In this document: positions 1-8,886 of the stretch, piece by piece | How the letters are laid out: each line of letters begins with the position of its first letter | Numbering within the stretch: the first letter of the stretch is position 1 | Assembly (NCBI GenBank): GCA_963668625.2 | Contig: CAXXKA010000004.1 | Location: 64,001-128,000, forward strand | Direction: 5' to 3' | From: an uncultured candidate division Zixibacteria bacterium | GTDB lineage: Bacteria; Zixibacteria; MSB-5A5; UBA10806; 4484-95 | DNA length: 64,000 nucleotides | Translations under genes and position numbers: made by a program | Notes under the pieces: generated by a model | Seen by the model: the letters and a program-made list of their open reading frames with translations, nothing else | Databases searched by the model: none | Told to the model about the DNA's origin: nothing

Positions 1-672
1 GCTGCTTTGGCGCACTTTTTTTAATATTCCCGCTTTTTGAAGCGTATTTAGAATCGAGGTCAACATTTGGCGGCTTGGCATTGACGGGATTTCATGATTT
101 CACTTATTAAAATTATCGGCATATGGAAATATCTATCCAGCAAAGGCACGGCATACTGCGAACGAGTTATTTCCAGAATATCGCTTTTTAGTTCCTGATA
201 CAATTTCAACATATCTTTAACTTTTTGAGTGTTAATTCTTGCTTGCTTATCTATTGCTCTCAGGAAGAACTCTATCCTCTTTAGCCAGGTATCGCCGCCG
301 TTAAGCTGACGAAGTGAACCAACGTATTCATCACGGTTATTCTCCAGATACTCAGATAAATAAAATAACGGACGTGAGAGTAGTTGTTTCTCATACAGGA
401 ACAATGGAAATATAACGCGCCCTATTCGCCCGTTACCATCAAGAAAAGGATGATTGATCTCGGACTGCGCATGTATAATCGCCAATTGAACTAATAAATC
501 TTTATCATCCGAATGATAGTATTTCTCCCAATTATCCATATATACTTTTATTAAACCGGGATCCGGCGGAACATATTCAGCCTCTTCATCGGTTGGCTTT
601 ACCTATTAATGGCAATATGGCTTCCCAATCAATACCTTCCAATGGAAGTTCATGTGGAACAGTAGTTTTCAT
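1..672 (-). pseudogene. Fic-family protein pseudogene (internal deletion plus 3' frameshift; runs off the left edge)
   Basis: Fic motif HPFLDGNGRIGR in ORF 60..539. A Fic-like N-terminus MKTTVPHELPLEGIDWEAILPLIGKANR starts at ATG 672, stops, and abuts EEAEYVPPDP in another frame. The C-terminus continues in a different frame (MPSRQMLTSILNTLQKAGILKKVRQ). Confidence 0.8.
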
Positions 673-751
673 AATTTCACACTTACCGAATCGGTTTATA
701 CCATCTTTTGTTATATAAAGCAATTCCTATTTTTTACTTTATACTATATTT

Positions 752-1006
752 CACTACTGTCCGGCTTTTCCATCTCGTTGCGAAGCGCTGCTTCGCAACG
801 TGGCTTGTTTACCTGCAGAATGCGTATTCTACATGACTCAAGAAGGTTCCCAGGCAGCGCTTGGAAACCAGGAAACTAAGCCTAACATCGACAGAATATA
901 TCAGGATGCATGATACGCTGAATATAATAATTATATCGGAAAATATCTTTCACTAACAATTCCAAGGAGAAATTTAAAATTTACCGAAAAACACCGGGCA
1001 GTAGTG
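752..1006. mobile_element. MITE copy 1 with IS4-type ends
   Basis: TIRs CACTACTGTCCGG / CCGGGCAGTAGTG; perfect 9-bp TSD ACTATATTT at 743-751 and 1007-1015; homologous copies at 21329, 24532, 34382. Confidence 0.9.
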
Positions 1007-1155
1007 ACTATATTTTATGACTCGCAGACTTTATACAAAATCGTTTGCATAAAACATCCCCCGTTTTTGCATTATACAAAATAATTCGTGATATATACAT
1101 TTTATACAAACAATTTTGTCTTTATATGACTAGCAAAAGCCATTTTACGACAACT

Positions 1156-2313
1156 TTACACCATATATACGAAATCCTCAGCCAGCTCTTCCGCCCATAA
1201 CTGGGCACGGTATACTGTCTGAAGATCGGGAGCGTCGCCCGCCTCGGTATCCTCCATGGTGCGTTCGATGATCTCGAATATCTGGGTGAATTTGATCCGG
1301 CCCTCAAGGAAAGCCTTGACTGCGACCTCGTTCGCGGAATTCATTACAGCCGGCATGATACCACCGCTTTTCAACGCCTGATACCCCAGCCGCAAGCTGG
1401 TGAACTTGTCCAGATCGGGCGGGATAAATTCGAGATTGATAGCCTCAGACCAATCGATATTGCAAACATCGAGTGGCACTCTATCGGGATATAAAAGAGC
1501 GTACTGGATGGGAAGACGCATATCCGGGCGTGACATCTGGGCTATGACCGAACCATCGACAAACTCCACCATCGAATGGACGAGAGATTGCGGGTGAATC
1601 ATCACCTTAATCCTCTCAGCCGAGAGATCGAACAGGTACGAGGCCTCGATAATCTCCAGCGCCTTGTTCATCATGGTGGCCGAATCGATCGTGATCTTCT
1701 TGCCCATCTCCCAGTTTGGATGCTTTAACGCCTCATCGATCGTTACATCATCGAGGTTAGCCCGGTTCAAAAACGGCCCGCCTGAGGCTGTCAGGATAAC
1801 CTGTTTGGCTTCCTCATGTTTGCCTGAAAGATAGCACTGGTAGATAGCCGAGTGCTCGGAGTCCACCGGTATTATCCCGCCTTTATGCTCCTCGGCAAAT
1901 TTATTGAGTAACGGCCCGGCGGCCACCATCGACTCTTTGTTTGCCAGCGCCACCACTTTTCCGCTCAGAAGCGCGGCGGCCGTGGCTCTCAACCCGGCGA
2001 TACCGACTATCGCATTCAATACGATATCGATACCCTCCAGCGAGCTGATTTCTTCGAGCGAGTTCGAAAAAGCAGAGTCCTCGACTACCGTGACCGAGGA
2101 ATCATTAATAAGTGATTTGAGCTTGGCCAACGATTTCCTGTCGGAGAGCGTTACATGGGTGGGTTTATATTTTTGCACCTGCGCCGCAAGCTGCTCATAA
2201 TCGGAATGAGCAGTCAGGGCGATGACATTCAGTTTATCGGGATTTTTATCGACAATATCAAGAGCACTTTTACCGATTGAACCCGTACTGCCGAGAATTA
2301 CAATATTGCGCAC
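1156..2313 (-). CDS. dxr: 1-deoxy-D-xylulose-5-phosphate reductoisomerase
   Basis: ILGSTGSIG, LANKES, PVDSEHSAI, HPNWEMGKKITIDSATMMNK motifs; GTG start overlaps the upstream stop. Confidence 0.97.
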   Translation of the reverse strand: MRNIVILGSTGSIGKSALDIVDKNPDKLNVIALTAHSDYEQLAAQVQKYKPTHVTLSDRKSLAKLKSLINDSSVTVVEDSAFSNSLEEISSLEGIDIVLNAIVGIAGLRATAAALLSGKVVALANKESMVAAGPLLNKFAEEHKGGIIPVDSEHSAIYQCYLSGKHEEAKQVILTASGGPFLNRANLDDVTIDEALKHPNWEMGKKITIDSATMMNKALEIIEASYLFDLSAERIKVMIHPQSLVHSMVEFVDGSVIAQMSRPDMRLPIQYALLYPDRVPLDVCNIDWSEAINLEFIPPDLDKFTSLRLGYQALKSGGIMPAVMNSANEVAVKAFLEGRIKFTQIFEIIERTMEDTEAGDAPDLQTVYRAQLWAEELAEDFVYMV

Positions 2314-2951
2314 TATTTTTTATTTTCCTTTGCCGGCTTATCCGACATCGGTTTCCTTTCCACTTTTGTCATGATAACATCCACGACAGGCTTGGGGGCT
2401 TGACGGTTGCCGGCACATTCAAACTTGGCGATTTTCTCGAAAATATCCATGCCTTTTATGACTTTGGCGAATACTAAAAAGCCCTGGGAGTCGAGGCTAT
2501 AGTTATTACGCATGTTTACGTAGAACTGGCTCTTGCTCGCGCCTGCCGGGCTCCTGGCCATAGATATCGTGGCGTAATCATGCTTATAGGGGCAGTTCTC
2601 GTCATCCTGTAAACGTCCGGGAGGACCGCCGGTGCCGGTGCCGGTAGGATCGCCACCCTGGATAACGAATCCATCAACCACGCGATGGAAGGTGAGAGAA
2701 TCATAATAGCCCTCATCCACCAACTGAAGGAAATTGCCGCCATGATATGGCATGTCATGCTCGTATACCTCGATCTCGACCGTGCCCAGTGCGGAATCAC
2801 CATGCGAGATGTGCATAAGAACGATTGGATTTTCAACTTTTTCTTCTTGTTCCATTATATCTTTCATTTTTGTTGTGTCGCCCTCGGTTTCATCGGCAAC
2901 AGCAAACGCCAGCATACCGAGGATTAAAAACGCGCTTATTATTGTTTTCAT
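2313..2951 (-). CDS. Cyclophilin-type peptidyl-prolyl isomerase, secreted
   Basis: FHRVVDGFVIQGGDPTGTGTGGP, SQFYVN; N-terminal signal peptide (AFA). Confidence 0.93.
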   Translation of the reverse strand: MKTIISAFLILGMLAFAVADETEGDTTKMKDIMEQEEKVENPIVLMHISHGDSALGTVEIEVYEHDMPYHGGNFLQLVDEGYYDSLTFHRVVDGFVIQGGDPTGTGTGGPPGRLQDDENCPYKHDYATISMARSPAGASKSQFYVNMRNNYSLDSQGFLVFAKVIKGMDIFEKIAKFECAGNRQAPKPVVDVIMTKVERKPMSDKPAKENKK

Positions 2952-2989
2952 TAAATGCCTTTCGTTTCGTTAATCTTTCATGCTCAAAT

Positions 2990-3026
2990 AAAAAAACGCC
3001 CAGAATATGATACTTTCTGGACGTTT
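2990..3026 (-). terminator. Hairpin plus T-run between the two cyclophilin genes
   Basis: AAACG(C)CCAGAA...TTCTGG(A)CGTTT stem; A-run at 2990-2996 gives a U-tract on the minus strand. Confidence 0.5.
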
Positions 3027-3043
3027 AAAAAGTTCTAATTTAG

Positions 3044-3685
3044 CTAGTGCCCCTCGCCCTCATGCGAATGAGCCATGGCATCCCCGGCCGGTTTCGGAGC
3101 GGCTGTCACTATTTTAACATCCTCGACCGGTTTATCGTTAGCGCCGGTTTTCACCTTTGAAATACTATCGGCGACATCCATACCGCTTATTACCCTGGCA
3201 AAACACGGGAATTGGTTATCAAGATGCGGTGAGTCTTTGACAACAATATAGAACTGCGAGCCATTAACTCCCTGTGGCGATTGCGCCATTGCGATATTGC
3301 CACGGATATTCTTATGCACGATAGGCTCCATCTCAAGACGGTAACCCGGACCACCACCACCGGTGCCTGTAGGATCGCCTGTTTGGATCATGAAATTGGG
3401 GATGACCCTGTGGAAGATAACATCATCGTAGTATTCGGCCTCAACAAGTTTCAGGAAATTGGCGGCGTGAATCGGGCAGTCTTTCTCGAAAACCTCGATC
3501 TCCATATCGCCCATCGTTGTCTTCATCAATACGATAGGATTGCCGGCCTCGGTACGCGCGTATTCTACTTTCTCGGTCATCTTGAGTTTCTTTGTCGGCT
3601 CCTGCGTATCCGCTTCGTCCTCTTTCTTCTGCTGGCCCGAACACGCTACGAACAGCGCCAGCAGGATTACTGCTAATTTTCTCAT
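3044..3685 (-). CDS. Cyclophilin-type PPIase, lipoprotein with His-rich tail
   Basis: FHRVIPNFMIQTGDPTGTGGGGPGY, NGSQFYI; lipobox LFVAC; AAGGAG 5 nt before ATG 3685; ends AHSHEGEGH. Confidence 0.92.
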   Translation of the reverse strand: MRKLAVILLALFVACSGQQKKEDEADTQEPTKKLKMTEKVEYARTEAGNPIVLMKTTMGDMEIEVFEKDCPIHAANFLKLVEAEYYDDVIFHRVIPNFMIQTGDPTGTGGGGPGYRLEMEPIVHKNIRGNIAMAQSPQGVNGSQFYIVVKDSPHLDNQFPCFARVISGMDVADSISKVKTGANDKPVEDVKIVTAAPKPAGDAMAHSHEGEGH

Positions 3686-3725
3686 CATCTCTCCTTGCAC
3701 TTACAGTTAAAAATAATTATCGTTA

Positions 3726-3754
3726 ATTTTATATAGCCGGATGGTTTATGTCAA
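3726..3754 (-). promoter_or_regulatory. sigma70-like promoter of the ppi-ppi-dxr unit
   Basis: TTGACA-17-TAAAAT on the minus strand. Confidence 0.7.
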
Positions 3755-3794
3755 GTAAAACGATATTATTATCATCGGATAAATTAATCTAACG

Positions 3795-3897
3795 AAAAAG
3801 TCCGGCCTAAGCCGGACTTGGGTACTTCTTGCACAATCAGGAAATTCCCATCCCTTTAAAAGTACCGAAAACCACCTCGTTTCAGCCCATCCTCTGA
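3795..3897 (-). ncRNA. Candidate ~100-nt small RNA
   Basis: Own promoter (TTGACA-16-TACATT, 3930-3903); strong terminator AAGTCCGGC-TTAG-GCCGGACTT followed by Ts; no ORF beyond a few codons; the downstream gene has a separate promoter. Confidence 0.5.
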
Positions 3898-4069
3898 GGG
3901 TAAATGTACTATATATGTGACGTTTGTCAAGAAAATATGTACTATTTTGTAACTTTAGCATGTAATGACTACTCGGGACTTGCCTGCCCGGATTGGGGCT
4001 TATCCGCTCAGGATATTTCAGACGCGAATTGCATAAATTTTTGAGCTTTTGCTATCAAGCAGTGTATCA

Positions 4070-4765
4070 GGTTAATCCCTTCGCTGTCGCTCTGGATGAA
4101 CCTGACCTACGATAATTCGATATAGCTCTATGCAATCTACTCCCCCTGGTTCCAAAGCGCCGCTTTGGAACCCCGCCTGCGTTGGCAACGATGGCATTAC
4201 TGCGCAATGAGGCATCGTTTCGAAGCGGCGCTTCGTAACGAGGAGAAATTGATATCTTGCGTAGGTCAAGACCCCTGTGGTCTTGACGTGTGATGGGATG
4301 ATTGAGAAGATAGTTTTACTCGGTCGAAACCACAGGGGTTTCAACCTACTCGCGCTGCCAATTGCCGCAGCGACGACTGAAATGTTTTCAAGAAGCAGAA
4401 AACTTGCATGTCATCCCTTCGGAGGAGATTGTTGAAAAGTTATTTGCCGCGAGTCGCTGGGAATCCCTTCCCGGCGACATACTGCATGAAAACAGCAGGA
4501 AGGAAAGGATTCCTTCCTGCTCAGTGATGGGGCTAATTAGACGGTGACTGAAATGTTTTCTTAAAGTAGAAAACATATCTGTCATCCCTTCGGAGGAAGG
4601 GAACCAGTACGGCCTTTTTCCCTTAAATGATTCATCCTATAGGAATACTACAACACTCGAAACTGGAGTTTCTCGGGCAATTGTGTTCCCAAACGGAGTT
4701 TAGGAACAAGGAAATGCCCCTTTCCCCTCCTTCTGGATCCCGGCTCCCCCTGCCGGGATGACATG
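4070..4765. repeat. Mosaic of REP-like palindromic elements
   Basis: GTTCCAAAGCGCCGCTTTGGAAC...GTTTCGAAGCGGCGCTTCGTAAC doublet (4142-4245); GTAGGTCAAGACCCCTGTGGTCTTGAC / GGTCGAAACCACAGGGGTTTCAACCTAC pair; GTCATCCCTTCGGAGGA twice; AAACTGGAGTTT...GTTCCCAAACGGAGTTTAGGAAC. Each recurs elsewhere in the window. Confidence 0.8.
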
Positions 4766-4826
4766 AGACTTTATTTTACTTATCAAGATTATCAGTCGGC
4801 AATAGGCCATTCAAATATCATAAAGA

Positions 4827-4854
4827 TTGACAGAATCTGTTAATTTAGTATCTT
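4827..4854 (+). promoter_or_regulatory. sigma70-like promoter of the secreted-protein array, with an imperfect palindrome over -35
   Basis: TTGACA-16-TATCTT; TTGACAGAATCTGTTAA is a near-palindrome. Confidence 0.5.
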
Positions 4855-4879
4855 AAGAAAGAGTAGTAACGATATTTTA

Positions 4880-6046
4880 ATGGGGAATATTATGCAGATA
4901 ATAAAAGCGCTATTAATTCTACTTCTGCTCTGCCCTTCTATATATGCACAGGGATTCAACTGGAGTGAACCGGAATTGGTTGACAGTATAAACGGTATTA
5001 TTGATGATTTCAATCCATCAATCTCTGCTGATGGTCAAACCATGCATTTTACCACCGGTAATAGAATTATGGTATCACATCGCATTGGCGATACATGGGG
5101 AGCGCCAACAATGCTTGGTGATAATATTAATTCCGGCCAAAGACAGGTTAAAGCTACTGTCACGCCCGATAATCGGACTTTATATTTCACTTCTTGGCGA
5201 GCGGGTGGCTATGGTACGTATGATATCTGGAAATCCGAATGGGATGATAGCTGTGAATGCTGGGGAGAACCTGATGTATTACCCGAGCCAATAAATACGC
5301 CGTACATGGAATGGGATGTGCAACTATCTTTGGATGGTATGAGTATGTATTTTACATCTGATAGAAGTTTTGGTTGGGGTTATAATGATATCTGGTGCAG
5401 CGAATGGGACACGCTGGCACAATCCTGGGGCGAACCTTATAATCTTGGCAATGTTGTTAACTCATCAAGTGCAGATGAGTGTCCATATCCTACATCAGAT
5501 CCAAACATTCTATATTTCACAAGTATACATCATCATGGTTTTGATGAATGGCAAGGAGGGGCAGATATTTTTGTTGCCTTTAAGCGGAATGGTGTATGGG
5601 ATAGCCTGGCAATACTTCCACCGCCAATTAATACTATTCATCACGAAAAAAGCGCTGCTATTCTATTCGATAATTCTGAACTTTATATTTCTTCTACTAG
5701 ACTAGGAGGACCTTCAGATGATGAAATCTATATTTCTTATTTAATAACAGGAATTGACGAAAATAATGTTATAAATAATATAGGCAATTTCAAATTTAGT
5801 ATTTACCCCAACCCTTTCAACTCCACCACCAGCATAACCTATGAGAACATCATATCAAGCAGTCTCAGCATATACGATATCACCGGGCGATTGATTAACC
5901 GTCTGGATATTCATGATGACCACACCGGCAGTATCACCTGGGATGCCACGGATTTATCGGGCAAGCCGATCAGCGCCGGGGTGTATTTCATCAGGGGCGA
6001 TGGCGCGGATGGAGTTGTAAGCTCGAAGATGATATATTTGAAATGA
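4880..6046 (+). CDS. Secreted PD40/TolB-like beta-propeller protein with T9SS/FlgD-like C-terminal sorting domain
   Basis: Signal peptide; repeated P-x-I/V-S/T-x-DG...YFTS-x-R...DIW...WGEP blades; CTD IYPNPFNSTTSI...IYDITGRLI...WDA...GVYF...KMIYLK. Start may be 4892. Confidence 0.85.
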   Translation: MGNIMQIIKALLILLLLCPSIYAQGFNWSEPELVDSINGIIDDFNPSISADGQTMHFTTGNRIMVSHRIGDTWGAPTMLGDNINSGQRQVKATVTPDNRTLYFTSWRAGGYGTYDIWKSEWDDSCECWGEPDVLPEPINTPYMEWDVQLSLDGMSMYFTSDRSFGWGYNDIWCSEWDTLAQSWGEPYNLGNVVNSSSADECPYPTSDPNILYFTSIHHHGFDEWQGGADIFVAFKRNGVWDSLAILPPPINTIHHEKSAAILFDNSELYISSTRLGGPSDDEIYISYLITGIDENNVINNIGNFKFSIYPNPFNSTTSITYENIISSSLSIYDITGRLINRLDIHDDHTGSITWDATDLSGKPISAGVYFIRGDGADGVVSSKMIYLK

Positions 6047-6165
6047 TTCACCCCCTGGTTCCAAAGCGCTGCTTTGGGGCCTTGCCTGCGGTGACAACGA
6101 TTACAATACTGCGCAATCGGGCAGCGTTACGAAGCAGCGCTTCGTAACGAGGAGAGAAATTCAAA

Positions 6166-7692
6166 TTGCACGAATCGATGAAAAAACAAACAATAATTCG
6201 GTGGCTGGCAGACGTCCTCGTCTGCTGCATTACTCGCCTCGCATTGACTACTAAGGGGCACACGGGGACGTGTGCCGCCCACAGCATCACACTAACCATC
6301 CTCCTGCTAACCTGCAGCATACAGGCAACGGTTATAAATATACCCGATGATTACGAGACTATAAACGAGGGAATCGCCGCCAGTATTGATGGTGATACCG
6401 TGCTGGTCGCGCCGGGTGAATACGAAGAGATTATCTCATTACAGGGAAAGAATATCCTTTTGACAAGCTCAAATGGTCCAAATGCTTCAATTATAGCAGG
6501 GGCTGTTTTGTTTGAGAACGGTGAGGACTCGACATGCGTTTTAAGAGGATTTAAAATAGTCGGCAATAGCGGCTACAGCGGTGTCCAATGTAATAACACT
6601 TCGCCAATTATAGAGGGTAATATAATTACTGAACATGACGGTTATTCATGCTCAGGTATATCGATACGAAACAGTAATTGTATTATTAGAGAGAATATCA
6701 TTAGTAACAATAGTAATATGGCTACCGGAGCTGGAATAAATATAACTGGTGATGGCTCAACTATCACTAGAAACCTGATATTGAATAATGAGGTCTACCA
6801 GTATGAAGGAAAAGGAGGTGCAATAAATCTAGCTGGAACAGCAATTATTTATTATAACCTGTTTATTAATAATGTTGCAGTTGGTGGACCTGCAGGTGCT
6901 TACGGAGCAGGGGGAGGAATTTATAGAAGAAGCATAAATGATACACTTGGCGGAATGACCTATATTGGCAACAACACCTTTGTGGGTAACGAAGCATGGG
7001 CATATGGACAGCAAAATGGAAGTGGGGGTGCTATATTTGTTCACGGCCATCTTGATCAAGAAAATGATACACTAATCCTTATCAATAATATATTTGCTTA
7101 TAACTACACAGATGGCACAGGAAGCGCTATAAGAGCAAACAGTGTTGAATCGTTATATTTTTGCTGGAATTATAATTGCATTTATGAGAATGACATTTAT
7201 GGATTCGAATCTGGAATAAATGACATCTTCCTTAATCCCTTGTTTGCCGATACCAGCCAGCATGATTACAGTCTGCAAGAGGGTTCCCCCTGCATTGATG
7301 CCGGTGATCCTGACTCCCCGCTCGATCCGGACTCGACACGGGTCGATATCGGCGCGCTGTTTTACGATCAATCTGTCGGTATAGATGATGACGCTCAACC
7401 CTCGGGACCGTACGCTTACGCGCTTCAACAGAACTACCCCAATCCATTCAACGCCCAAACTACTATCAGCTACGAGTTACCGCATCAGGCCAACATCAGC
7501 CTGATAGTGTTCGATATCACCGGCAGGCTGGTTAAAACCATTATCGCCGAGGAGACACAATCATCCGGGCCGCACTCGGTAGTCTGGGATGGCACCGGCA
7601 ATGATGGCAATCCCGTAGCCACCGCCATATATTTCTACAGGCTCTCTGTTGATGATTACTCAATCGTGAAGAGCATGATTGTGATAAAGTAG
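6166..7692 (+). CDS. Secreted right-handed beta-helix protein (GGAI/FxxN repeats, choice-of-anchor-Q-like motif) with CTD, copy 1
   Basis: IPDDYETINEGI...GDTVLVAPGEY cap; Asn/Gly-rich coils; PLFAD...SPCIDAGDP...DIGA; CTD LQQNYPNPFNAQT. Start TTG 6166 or ATG 6178. Confidence 0.88.
   Translation: MHESMKKQTIIRWLADVLVCCITRLALTTKGHTGTCAAHSITLTILLLTCSIQATVINIPDDYETINEGIAASIDGDTVLVAPGEYEEIISLQGKNILLTSSNGPNASIIAGAVLFENGEDSTCVLRGFKIVGNSGYSGVQCNNTSPIIEGNIITEHDGYSCSGISIRNSNCIIRENIISNNSNMATGAGINITGDGSTITRNLILNNEVYQYEGKGGAINLAGTAIIYYNLFINNVAVGGPAGAYGAGGGIYRRSINDTLGGMTYIGNNTFVGNEAWAYGQQNGSGGAIFVHGHLDQENDTLILINNIFAYNYTDGTGSAIRANSVESLYFCWNYNCIYENDIYGFESGINDIFLNPLFADTSQHDYSLQEGSPCIDAGDPDSPLDPDSTRVDIGALFYDQSVGIDDDAQPSGPYAYALQQNYPNPFNAQTTISYELPHQANISLIVFDITGRLVKTIIAEETQSSGPHSVVWDGTGNDGNPVATAIYFYRLSVDDYSIVKSMIVIK
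6201..6282. repeat. Inverted REP-like pair inside the signal-peptide coding region (also 7916-7997, 10968-11049)
   Basis: GTGGCTGGCAGACGTCCTCGTCTGCTGC ... GGGGCACACGGGGACGTGTGCCGCCCAC; homologous to the intergenic element at 34940-35020 and single arms at 21250 and 28055. Confidence 0.75.
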
Positions 7693-8886
7693 GTCAAGTG
7701 CACTTGGGACTTGACTAACCCGCATATAAAATAACAAACGTGAATTGCATGAATTGGCTACTCTACCCCCTGGTTCCAAAGCGCCGCTTTGGAATCCCGA
7801 AGGCGCTGGCAACAAAAACAATACTGGGCAATCGGGCAGCGTTACGAAGCAGCGCTTCGTAACGAGGAGAGAAATTCAAATTGCACGAATCGATGAAAAA
7901 ACAAACAATAATTCGGTGGCTGGCAGACGTCCTCGTCTGCTGCATTACTCGCCTCGCATTGACTACTAAGGGGCACACGGGGACGTGTGCCGCCCACAGC
8001 ATCACACTAACCATCCTCCTGCTAACCTGCAGCATACAGGCAACGGTTATAAATATACCCGATGATTACGAGACTATAAACGAGGGAATCGCCGCCAGTA
8101 TTGATGGTGATACCGTGCTGGTCGCGCCGGGTGAATACGAAGAGATTATCTCATTACAGGGAAAGAATATCCTTTTGACAAGCTCAAATGGTCCAAATGC
8201 TTCAATTATAGCAGGGGCTGTTTTGTTTGAGAACGGTGAGGACTCGACATGCGTTTTAAGAGGATTTAAAATAGTCGGCAATAGCGGCTACAGCGGTGTC
8301 CAATGTAATAACACTTCACCAATTATAGAGGGTAATATAATTACTGAACATGACGGTTATTCATGCTCAGGTATATCGATACGAAACAGTAATTGTATTA
8401 TTAGAGAGAATATCATTAGTAACAATAGTAATATGGCTACCGGAGCTGGAATAAATATAACTGGTGATGGCTCAACTATCACTAGAAACCTGATATTGAA
8501 TAATGAGGTCTACCAGTATGAAGGAAAAGGAGGTGCAATAAATCTAGCTGGAACAGCAATTATTTATTATAACCTGTTTATTAATAATGTTGCAGTTGGT
8601 GGACCTGCAGGTGCTTACGGAGCAGGGGGAGGAATTTATAGAAGAAGCATAAATGATACACTTGGCGGAATGACCTATATTGGCAACAACACCTTTGTGG
8701 GTAACGAAGCATGGGCATATGGACAGCAAAATGGAAGTGGGGGTGCTATATTTGTTCACGGCCATCTTGATCAAGAAAATGATACACTAATCCTTATCAA
8801 TAATATATTTGCTTATAACTACACAGATGGCACAGGAAGCGCTATAAGAGCAAACAGTGTTGAATCGTTATATTTTTGCTGGAATT

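Noticed and set aside
585-672. Selenocysteine or stop read-through in the Fic gene
   Set aside because: Fic homology continues in a different frame with a large segment missing, which fits a deletion.
652-879. ORFs 652..879, 34387..34665, 4072..4585, 6048..6320, 7745..8035, 29690..30085, 58686..58919 as genes
   Set aside because: They run through MITE or REP sequence or overlap real genes, with no recognisable protein features.
3820-3900. Fluoride riboswitch or hammerhead ribozyme
   Set aside because: Only superficial GGGATGG and CTGAAAC matches; the required CTGATGA-type cores are absent.
4070-4765. CRISPR array
   Set aside because: Palindromes belong to different families with irregular spacing; no constant repeat-spacer period and no cas genes.
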